NCBI GenBank assembly: GCA_910588295.1
Contig: CAJUQO010000009.1
Coordinates: 8,261-72,260 of the forward strand
Source of the DNA: an uncultured Lachnospiraceae bacterium
GTDB lineage: Bacteria; Bacillota; Clostridia; Lachnospirales; Lachnospiraceae
Reading direction: 5' to 3'
Length of the DNA: 64,000 bases
Position 1 is the stretch's first letter. Every line of letters starts with the position of its first letter. Made by a program: the position numbers and the translations under genes. The notes under the pieces are model-generated. The model was not told the origin of the DNA, ran no database searches, and saw only the letters and a list, made by a program, of their open reading frames with translations. Positions 40,658 to 48,311 of this stretch are shown one piece after another.

Positions 40658-40909
40658 GGAAGCACCTCCTCCCGTTGCCGGGTGTAGGTTGGACAACACA
40701 AGAATTATAGCATATCCATTAATATTCTTATATCCTTTTCTTAAAAGGCTTTAAGGTTGGGATTGTGGCTGATACAATCCGATGCTCGCTGCTGTATCTG
40801 CGGGCATTGTCACAAAATGGCTTCTCGTGGAGCTAATTTTTTTAATCAATGCCGTTACCTTCCGAAGACTTATTTTTGTCCTAATCTGGTTTTAGTTTTG
40901 TGTACTGAT

Positions 40910-42301
40910 TTACAAAATATTCTTTTGGCTGCGATTCATCGGCAATTCCAGAACAAACGCCGCTCCACCCTCCGGCGCGTCGGTCACGGTAAGTCGGCCG
41001 CCGTGCTGCTTTATAATATCCTGGGCGATGGACAGGCCCAGGCCGTAGTGAGCTTTATCGGAGCGGGATGATTCGGCGCGGTAGAACCGTTCAAAGACAG
41101 CCTTTTTGTCCTTGTCGGGGATGCCGGGGCCGGTATCGGATACCGTGATTGTAAAATGGCGGTTGGCCACAGTCAGAGCCAGGCGCACCATCCCCCCGGC
41201 GGGGGTATAGCTCAGCGCGTTATCCATCAATACGGCCAGGGACTGCAGGATGCGTTCCTGGTCGCAGAGGCAGTCGGGAAGAGGGGCGTCGGGCAGGGAC
41301 ACTGTCAGGCGGATTCCCTTTTTGGCCGCCAGAGGCTCGTATTTTTCGCAGACATCTAAGAGCAGAGTGTCCAGGGGAACCGGCTTAAGGTGCAGACGGG
41401 GCGCCCGGGCATCCATGCCGGCAAGCTGCAGCATATCCTGGACGAGGTGGTTCATACGGCGGCTCTCGGAGAAAATAGCGTCCAGAAAACGCCGCAGGGA
41501 AGCTTCACGGGTATTTGCGGCGCCATCGGTATTTGAAGGTTCTGCGCATGCAGGGGATTTTTCTTCATTTAGAATCTCCAGCAGACAGGAAGCGCTGGAC
41601 AGAATGACTGCCAGAGGGGTGCGCAGTTCGTGGGAGGCGGCGGCCACGAAGCGGGCCTGCTTTTTTCGGCTCTCTTCCACGGGGCGGAGCATAGCTCCGG
41701 TGAAAAACCAGAAAAAAACGGTCAGAGCAGCCAGGGCCAGCAGGGCGGCGGCCAGAAAGTCTCTGCGCTGCCTGTGGGTCTGGGCAGTCAGGGATGCCAG
41801 AGGATGCAGAATCACAGCCCCCAGGCTGGCCTTTTTCCCAGGGATTAGCACAGCGGAAGCGTAATACCGTTCGTTTTTGGCGGCAAATATAAATTCCGTG
41901 TGCTGGGTCAGGGTATGGGAGCTATTCGAAGAAAGGATATTTATGCCTTTCTTTTTTTGTGCCTCGGCAATAACCTGATCGGCCAGAGCGGTATCGTGTG
42001 CCTGCTTTTTTTCCTGGGAGCCGGAGGGCAGGCTGTTGATCAGGAGGGGGGTGCCGTTGTCGTAGAGCCAGAGGGCCAGGTTGTGGCTGCTCTCCATGCG
42101 CAGTACCCATTCATGGGAGATCACGGACTGGCTTTCCAGGTAGCTGACGATAGAATAAACAGAATTTTCGAAGGTGTGATATTCGTTCTGCTCCATGTTT
42201 TTTCCGGAAATATGCAGACAGAGCAGACTCATGGCGGTAAGGATCAGGGCTGAAACGATGGCGCAGAACCCGGTCAGCCGTATTTGCAGTCGTTTGATCA
42301 T
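40910..42301 (-). CDS. sensor histidine kinase (HisKA/HATPase_c)
   Basis: Start trimmed to MIKRLQIRLTGF.. (RBS GGGAGAA). Two TMs flank a roughly 170-aa sensor loop. H-box AASHELRTPL. N, G1 and G2 boxes (MDNALSYTP, DTGPGI, GLGLSIA). Confidence 0.85.
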   Translation of the reverse strand: MIKRLQIRLTGFCAIVSALILTAMSLLCLHISGKNMEQNEYHTFENSVYSIVSYLESQSVISHEWVLRMESSHNLALWLYDNGTPLLINSLPSGSQEKKQAHDTALADQVIAEAQKKKGINILSSNSSHTLTQHTEFIFAAKNERYYASAVLIPGKKASLGAVILHPLASLTAQTHRQRRDFLAAALLALAALTVFFWFFTGAMLRPVEESRKKQARFVAAASHELRTPLAVILSSASCLLEILNEEKSPACAEPSNTDGAANTREASLRRFLDAIFSESRRMNHLVQDMLQLAGMDARAPRLHLKPVPLDTLLLDVCEKYEPLAAKKGIRLTVSLPDAPLPDCLCDQERILQSLAVLMDNALSYTPAGGMVRLALTVANRHFTITVSDTGPGIPDKDKKAVFERFYRAESSRSDKAHYGLGLSIAQDIIKQHGGRLTVTDAPEGGAAFVLELPMNRSQKNIL

Positions 42302-42380
42302 GAAAATTTCTCCCGGACAGGCGTCCACCCTGACCGTGTATGGCAGAAAGGCCACGGTGGACCGGTAATAGAATCTGTGC

Positions 42381-43061
42381 TTACTTATGGGCATTTTCCA
42401 GACAGTAGCCGATGCCGCGGATGGTCCGCAGGGTTACGTGGCTGCTAACGGCCCGCAGCCGTCGGCGGATAAAATGAATATAGTTGTCCAGATTTCCCTC
42501 CTCCACGGGAGCATCCGGCCCCCAGACCCGGGACAGGATCAATGGCCGGGGCAGAGACTGCCCCGGATTACGCAAAAAAAATTCTATCAGATCGCCCTCC
42601 CGTTTGGAGAGGACGAATTTTTTTCCGTTGCCGGAAAGCTCGTGGAGAAGGACATCGTAGGCGATGTCACCAAAGGAAAGGCGTTCGCTGTTTTCCCAGC
42701 GGGACGGCCTGCGGCTGATGCAGTGGATCCGGGCGGTGAGTTCTTCGAAGTCGAAGGGCTTGACCATATAGTCGTCGGCGCCGCAGTTCAGCCCCTCAAT
42801 CCGGTCGCTCACTTCCCCCAGAGCCGTAAGAAGGATAACCGGTGTGTGGATCTGTCCGGCTCTGGCTTTTTTTAGTACGGAGGCGCCGTCCAGGGAGGGG
42901 AGCATACGATCCAGAAGAATCAGGTCGTATGCCTGCTCCCGAATGAGCAGGAGGCCCTCCTCGCCGTCGTGGCATATATCCACGGTGAAACCCTGGCGCT
43001 CCAGATAGAAGCTTAAGGAATGGCATAGTTTTTTATCATCTTCAATTAAAAGAAGCCGCAT
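42381..43061 (-). CDS. OmpR/PhoB-family response regulator
   Basis: MRLLLIEDDKKL.. receiver domain (DLILLD, phospho-acceptor Asp; KPF) plus a winged-helix C-terminus (LSKREGDLIEFF, IRGIGY). Start trimmed to the ATG (complement of 43059-43061) after GGGAGG. Confidence 0.9.
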   Translation of the reverse strand: MRLLLIEDDKKLCHSLSFYLERQGFTVDICHDGEEGLLLIREQAYDLILLDRMLPSLDGASVLKKARAGQIHTPVILLTALGEVSDRIEGLNCGADDYMVKPFDFEELTARIHCISRRPSRWENSERLSFGDIAYDVLLHELSGNGKKFVLSKREGDLIEFFLRNPGQSLPRPLILSRVWGPDAPVEEGNLDNYIHFIRRRLRAVSSHVTLRTIRGIGYCLENAHK

Positions 43062-43243
43062 AATACCTCCCGGAAAACAGAGCGCGGCCTTATATTCGGT
43101 GATGATTCCTCGGCCGCGGCAATAGAAGAACTCGTAACAGTTCAAGCTTGGCTGAACTGTTACAAGAATTCTGTTTTGCATATGAATATCTGGAGTATAA
43201 CATGGTTTTCTGTAATTAATCTCTAAAATAACGAGATTTTTCC

Positions 43244-43864
43244 TTAATCAAATAAAGTTTTCCATGAATCAGAGCGATAGGCGTCAAAGCACATCCGGAT
43301 TTGTTCTTCATTATTTTTTTCTTCTGCCAGTTGTGGCAGCTCATCAGGGCCGAAATAGTTACTTTCTACGGTTTCTATATTGGATTCAAATGTACCGCCG
43401 ACGGCTGTGCACAATATAAAAATCTTACACACCTTATAAGCGTAAACGGGTAAATTGTGCTTTTCCCTGTCCTGTACCGCAATGACCATATCGGCGGTAA
43501 CGTCCAGGCCCGCTTCTTCTTTTACTTCTTTGACGGTATTTTCTTTGACGGAGACATGGACGTCAACCCATCCCCCGGGCAGAGACCAGGTTCCGTTGTT
43601 TTCTTTTACCAACAGTATTTTTCCGTTTTGAAAGACTGCCGCCCGGGTATCCAGTTTCGGGGTTTGATAACCAATTTCGGAACAAAACAGGTCTTTTACT
43701 TTGGCGACCGGTATTTCTGACTGGCGGGCTATCATTTCGGCCGCGATTTCCCGAATCCTTTCAAAACGCTCTTTGTCATAGGGATCCTTTCCATAATAGA
43801 TCCCCGCCTGGGCAATACTCTGCAATTCCACCGCCCATGAAAGCCATTCCGTATTATTATCCAT
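43244..43864 (-). CDS. NUDIX hydrolase with N-terminal Nudix_N-type helical domain
   Basis: MDNNTEWLSWAVELQSIAQAGIYYGKDPYDKERFERIREIA.. followed by the Nudix box GGWVDVHVSVKENTVKEVKEEAGLDV. Start trimmed to 43864. Confidence 0.85.
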   Translation of the reverse strand: MDNNTEWLSWAVELQSIAQAGIYYGKDPYDKERFERIREIAAEMIARQSEIPVAKVKDLFCSEIGYQTPKLDTRAAVFQNGKILLVKENNGTWSLPGGWVDVHVSVKENTVKEVKEEAGLDVTADMVIAVQDREKHNLPVYAYKVCKIFILCTAVGGTFESNIETVESNYFGPDELPQLAEEKNNEEQIRMCFDAYRSDSWKTLFD

Positions 43865-44097
43865 AGTACGATCTCCTTGTGTTTTATAGATGTTTAAGTT
43901 TTCCGCAACAGTAAGCGTTTTCCCTGCGCAATGTCGTTTGCTTAAACCTTCATGCACAGCAGAGAGGACATCCCGCCGTTTTCTGAATGCCGGATTACTA
44001 TGTTCATTATAAGCGTTTGCTTCGGCTATAGCAATGGAAGAAATATTTACCTAAATGACAGAGGCTGAACTATTACCAAAAGCTTTCTTTGGCTTTT

Positions 44098-44136
44098 TTA
44101 GAGAAAAAATAGAGCCCCCTTAGAGGGAATTTAGAG
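44098..44136 (+). promoter_or_regulatory. four (T/A)TAGAG direct repeats phased at exactly 11 bp (candidate response-regulator binding array)
   Basis: TTAGAG 44098, ATAGAG 44109, TTAGAG 44120, TTAGAG 44131, plus an inverted copy CTCTAG at 44151-44156. They lie 50-90 bp upstream of the lipoprotein ATG at 44187. Confidence 0.4.
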
Positions 44137-44186
44137 AAAAAGAGGGTAAACTCTAGACAGTCGCAAAAAGGGAGGTAAATAATACG

Positions 44187-46520
44187 ATGAAACGTAAGCG
44201 AAAAAAAATAGGAGTTTTTGTGCTGACGGCGGCTTTGGCCGTACAGTCGCTTGGGGGATGCCAGAAGCAGGCGGGCGATGCGCCGGGTTCAGGGGACGTC
44301 CAGGGGTCGGCAGACGCGTCAGGGCCGACGGCCGGTTCGGCCATGGGGACTTCAGAGAACGGCGCCGGCGGGGAGAAGGCCATGGGCCGGTATCTGGAGT
44401 CGGAGATCGAATTCCCCGAGGGCGTGTACACGGCCTGCGGCGTGGGAGTACTAGAGGACGGCTCGCTGCGGCTGCTGGGGGAAGATGAAAATGCCATAAG
44501 CCGCACACTCTGGTCGTCGACGGACGGGGGCGCTTCCTGGAATGAGGAGAAGCTGCCGGAGGCGCTGTCTATGGACAGCGTGGATGATATCCTGGGCCTG
44601 AGCTTTGGGCCGAAGGGGGAGATGGCGGCGCTGGATGCCGGTTATACCCCCATTATTACCGGTGCGGACGGTGCGGGAGGAAAAGTGACATTCACCCTGC
44701 CGGACGGTTCGGCCGCCGAGATGATGTTTGAGCTGCATTTTGCGCCCGGCGGGGAACTGGTGGGGATGGAGAGCGGCGGCAGTCTGTATCTGCTGGATGC
44801 GGAGCAGAAAAAGGCGACGCTCTGTTACAATGAGTCCGGCGACGGGGCGGCCGGTTACAGCTTTGCGGGCGGGAATCTCCTTACCTACGGAAGCGGCGGC
44901 ATCCAGATCTATGATACGGCCACCGGGGAGCAGAAGGATATAGACAGCGTATTAAATGACAATGCGATACTGGAATCCCAGGCAATGGACGGCGATACCC
45001 CGGCGGGCGGGAACCGTTCGCTGATGTTTGTTTCCGGTGAAGGGGAAGATGATCTCTATTTCTGTAATGACGAGGGGATCTACCATCATGTCCTGGGGGG
45101 CAGCGTCAGTGAGCAGATCGCCAACGGCGCCTTGAACAGCCTCAGCAATCCCAGCCTGTCCCGGCGGGAATTTGGCGTACTGCCGGGAGGGGATTTCTTT
45201 ATCTTTGGTTTCGACGCGGCGGAGAGCAATACAAAGCTCCTGCGCTACACCTGGTCGGCGGATACGCCGGCTATGCCGGATACGGAGCTACGCATGTTTG
45301 CACTGGAGGATTCCTCGGGGCTCAGACAGGCCATTGCCCTCTACCAGAAAAATAACCCCGATGTGTACGTCCATATGGAGGTGGGCCTGACAGGCGGTGA
45401 CGGCAAGACCGCCGAGGATGCGGTCCGCGCTCTGAATACGGATCTGCTGGCCGGGAACGGGCCGGATCTGCTGGTGCTGGACGGTATGCCGGTGGACAGC
45501 TATATTGAAAAAGATATGCTTTTAGATGTTCACGACGTGGTGGATGAGGTGAGCGGCAGCGACGGACTCTTTGAGAACGTGGCCCGGGCCTATGAGAAAG
45601 ACGGGGCGGTTTACGCGGTGCCTACCAGGATCAGTATCCCCATCATCCAGGCGGAGAGTCAGATTCTGGACGCGGCGGGCAGCCTGGAAGCCCTGGCCGA
45701 CACGGCGGAAACGATGAAAGCGGAGACGGGCGGGGGCATATTGCGCTCGATGGACGCAAAGATTTTTACCTATCTGCTGTACCGCATGGACTCGGCCAAC
45801 TGGATGGGTGAAGGCGGTATGATCGACGAGGCGGCCGTGACGAACTTTCTCACCCAGGCCGCACGGCTGTACCAGACCAGCGGTACGGTGGATAGCCATC
45901 GAACAAGCTGGGACACTTATGACAGTATTCCCGGGGCGAAGAGGGACAGCGTCGTGTCCGTGGGCCTGATGATGAAGTCCGACGGCGAGCGCATAGAGCT
46001 GGGCAACCTGGATTCCATGTGGGAGTATATGGAGATGACCTCGGTGAACCACTCAAGCGAAGAGAAATATCCCTACAGGGCCATGCAGACGGGAACCAAC
46101 GCGGCCTTTATACCGGCCTGCCAGATCGGCGTAAGCAGTAAGAGCACCGCACCGGACAAGGCGAAGGGGCTCTTGAAGGAGCTGATCGGTGTGCAGATCC
46201 AGTCCTCCGGCGACGGTTTTCCCGTCAACAAAGCGGCATTTGCCAAAATGACCGAGGAGAATGAGACCCAGTCCAGCCTGTCGGTGGGAAGCTCCGACGG
46301 GGAGGGCGGCAGCGTGAGCCTGGAGCTGAACTGGCCGAATGCCGAGGAGATCAAAGCGCTGTCCGATATGCTGGAAAGCGCGGATACGCCGGCGTTGACG
46401 GATCATGTGATTGAGGAGATCGTGCTGGAGCAGGGGGTGCGCTGCCTGGAGGGCAGCCAGAGCCCCGAGGGAGCCGCCGCCAATATTATGCAGAAAGTGA
46501 AGCTGTACCTTGCGGAATAA
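44187..46520 (+). CDS. fusion lipoprotein: N-terminal BNR/Asp-box beta-propeller-like domain plus C-terminal ABC (CUT1-type) solute-binding domain
   Basis: 777 aa. Lipobox LAVQSLGGC. Asp-box SSTDGGASW. The C-terminal half has SBP features (LYQKNNPDVYVHMEVGL.., GNGPDLLVLDGMP). It is followed by two permease genes. Confidence 0.75.
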   Translation: MKRKRKKIGVFVLTAALAVQSLGGCQKQAGDAPGSGDVQGSADASGPTAGSAMGTSENGAGGEKAMGRYLESEIEFPEGVYTACGVGVLEDGSLRLLGEDENAISRTLWSSTDGGASWNEEKLPEALSMDSVDDILGLSFGPKGEMAALDAGYTPIITGADGAGGKVTFTLPDGSAAEMMFELHFAPGGELVGMESGGSLYLLDAEQKKATLCYNESGDGAAGYSFAGGNLLTYGSGGIQIYDTATGEQKDIDSVLNDNAILESQAMDGDTPAGGNRSLMFVSGEGEDDLYFCNDEGIYHHVLGGSVSEQIANGALNSLSNPSLSRREFGVLPGGDFFIFGFDAAESNTKLLRYTWSADTPAMPDTELRMFALEDSSGLRQAIALYQKNNPDVYVHMEVGLTGGDGKTAEDAVRALNTDLLAGNGPDLLVLDGMPVDSYIEKDMLLDVHDVVDEVSGSDGLFENVARAYEKDGAVYAVPTRISIPIIQAESQILDAAGSLEALADTAETMKAETGGGILRSMDAKIFTYLLYRMDSANWMGEGGMIDEAAVTNFLTQAARLYQTSGTVDSHRTSWDTYDSIPGAKRDSVVSVGLMMKSDGERIELGNLDSMWEYMEMTSVNHSSEEKYPYRAMQTGTNAAFIPACQIGVSSKSTAPDKAKGLLKELIGVQIQSSGDGFPVNKAAFAKMTEENETQSSLSVGSSDGEGGSVSLELNWPNAEEIKALSDMLESADTPALTDHVIEEIVLEQGVRCLEGSQSPEGAAANIMQKVKLYLAE

Positions 46521-47352
46521 ATATGAGTATAGTGGGCTCTGGTTCATCCTGCCCAGTCTCCTGGGCGTGATGATCTTTATCCTGCTGCCCTTTATGGATG
46601 TGGTGCGGCGCTCCTTTATGGGCGCCGTGAACGGCAAATGGGTGGGGCTGGCCAATTACCGGAACGTGCTGGGAAACCAGGCGTTCCTCCTGGCGGCGGG
46701 GAATACGGCCCGGTTTGCGGCGGTCTGTATCCCTATGCTGATTGGCCTGTCCCTCTTTACGGCCGTATTTTTACAGCGGTATAAGACCTGGGGCGGCTGG
46801 CTGAAAAGCGCGTACCTGGTGCCCATGGCCATTCCGGTGGCTTCGGTGGTGCTGCTCTGGCGGGCGCTTTTCGACCGTCAGGGCATTTTAAACGGCGGCC
46901 TGTCCCTGCTAGATCTTCCCGCCAGGGACTGGATGAATTCAGGGACGGCTTTCGGGGTGCTGGTGTTCAGCTACATATGGAAAAATCTGGGCTACGATGT
47001 GGTGCTCTGGATGGCGGGGCTGTCTTCCATACCGGAGAGCCTCGGCGAAGCGGCCCGGGTGGACGGGGCGAATGAGTGGCAGTGCTTTTGGCGGATCACG
47101 CTGCCGAATCTGCTGCCCACGCTGTTTACCATCACGGTGCTGTCCTTTCTCAATTCTTTTAAGGTGTTTCGGGAGGCCTATCTGGTGGCGGGAAACTATC
47201 CGGATCAGAGTATGTACCTGATGCAGCACCTGTTTAACAACTGGTTCCGGGATCTGGATATGGATAAAATGGCGGCGGGGGCGGTGTTGATGTCCCTGGT
47301 GATCCTGGCGCTGGTCCTGCTTTTGCAGAAAGCCTGGGGCGAGGAGGAATAG
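46510..47352 (+). CDS. carbohydrate ABC transporter permease (MalF/CUT1 type)
   Basis: 280 aa, 6 TM, EAA loop (SIPESLGEAARVDGANEWQCFWRITLP). The TTG start overlaps the upstream stop and is uncertain. Confidence 0.85.
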   Translation: MRNKYEYSGLWFILPSLLGVMIFILLPFMDVVRRSFMGAVNGKWVGLANYRNVLGNQAFLLAAGNTARFAAVCIPMLIGLSLFTAVFLQRYKTWGGWLKSAYLVPMAIPVASVVLLWRALFDRQGILNGGLSLLDLPARDWMNSGTAFGVLVFSYIWKNLGYDVVLWMAGLSSIPESLGEAARVDGANEWQCFWRITLPNLLPTLFTITVLSFLNSFKVFREAYLVAGNYPDQSMYLMQHLFNNWFRDLDMDKMAAGAVLMSLVILALVLLLQKAWGEEE

Positions 47353-47402
47353 CGGAGAGCGCTTTTTCGGACGAGGAGCAAAGAGGGCAGAGGAGGTTTT
47401 GT

Positions 47403-48251
47403 ATGATAAAGCTGGGACGTAAAATGATTATTGTTTTTCTGGCCCTGCTGGCGTTTATCGCCTGCTATCCGGTGCTTTTCCTGGCGGTGGGTTCCCTGAT
47501 GGAAAAGCAGGAGGTGCGGGAGGCCCTGGGCGGCATTTTGTCCGGCGGGTCAGAGTTTGTATCATGGCGGTTCGTCCCGCTGTATCCCACCCTGGCCTCC
47601 TGGGTGGAGCTTATGCTGGATTCGCCCCAGTTTTTTGTGATGTTCTGGAATTCGGTGCGGCTGACCGCCGGGGTGCTCCTGGGGCAGCTCGTGATCGCGG
47701 TTCCGGCGGCCTGGGGCTTTGCCCGGTACGATTTCCCGCTAAAGCGGATCCTGTTCATGGTGTATGTCATCCTGATGATGATGCCGTTCCAGGTGACGAT
47801 GCTGTCCGGCTATCTGGTGCTGTCGGGCCTGCGTCTGCTGGACACTTACGGCAGTATCTGGCTGCCGGGGATCTTCTCCACCTTTCCGGTATTTATCATG
47901 TACCGGTTTTTTCGGGGAATCCCGGGGGCTGTCATCGAGTCGGCCAAGCTGGACGGCGCGGGGGATCTGCAGATTTTCTTCTATCTGGGGCTGCCCCTGG
48001 GGAGCGGGGGCATCGTGTCGGCCATGGTACTGGGATTTCTGGAATACTGGAATCTGATCGAACAGCCTCTGGCGTATCTGAAAGATCCGTCTCTGTGGCC
48101 GTTGTCCCTGTATCTGCCGAATATCGGGCTGGAGGAAGCGGGGCTGGCATTCTGCGCTTCGGTGACGGTGCTGATTCCGGCGCTTTTTGCTTTTTTCGCG
48201 GGGCAGGATTATCTGGAGCAGGGAATCGTGGCTGCGGCGGTGAAGGAATGA
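47403..48251 (+). CDS. carbohydrate ABC transporter permease (MalG/CUT1 type)
   Basis: 282 aa, EAA loop (GIPGAVIESAKLDGAGDLQIFFYLGLP). RBS AGAGGAGG. Confidence 0.85.
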   Translation: MIKLGRKMIIVFLALLAFIACYPVLFLAVGSLMEKQEVREALGGILSGGSEFVSWRFVPLYPTLASWVELMLDSPQFFVMFWNSVRLTAGVLLGQLVIAVPAAWGFARYDFPLKRILFMVYVILMMMPFQVTMLSGYLVLSGLRLLDTYGSIWLPGIFSTFPVFIMYRFFRGIPGAVIESAKLDGAGDLQIFFYLGLPLGSGGIVSAMVLGFLEYWNLIEQPLAYLKDPSLWPLSLYLPNIGLEEAGLAFCASVTVLIPALFAFFAGQDYLEQGIVAAAVKE

Positions 48252-48311
48252 GAAGCCCCGCCGTTATACGCCGGACGTATCCCGGATGGGTTATAAGGAG
48301 GATGGAATAAC

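Larger units (their letters stand above)
36995..40900. mobile_element. AT-rich genomic islet: degraded integrative element carrying a Vsr / m5C-MTase / REase module
   Basis: Base composition drops visibly relative to both flanks. It starts right after the tuf terminator. It contains an integrase remnant, gene fragments without starts, an R-M module and a toxin-like small ORF. I found no convincing flanking direct repeats by eye. Confidence 0.45.

Noticed and set aside
40757-41071. 104-aa + strand ORF and the 204-aa ORF at 41250-41864
   Set aside because: They are antisense to the histidine kinase gene (40910-42301), which has clear H, N and G boxes.
47564-48310. 248-aa + strand ORF in an alternate frame, plus the many Arg/Gly/Pro-rich ORFs at 44.1-51 kb (for example 49985-50779 -, 50118-50687 -, 46053-46655 -)
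   Set aside because: These are alternate-frame or antisense readings of GC-rich permease, adaptor and membrane genes. Their Arg/Pro/Gly-rich composition is typical of non-coding frames in high-GC DNA.
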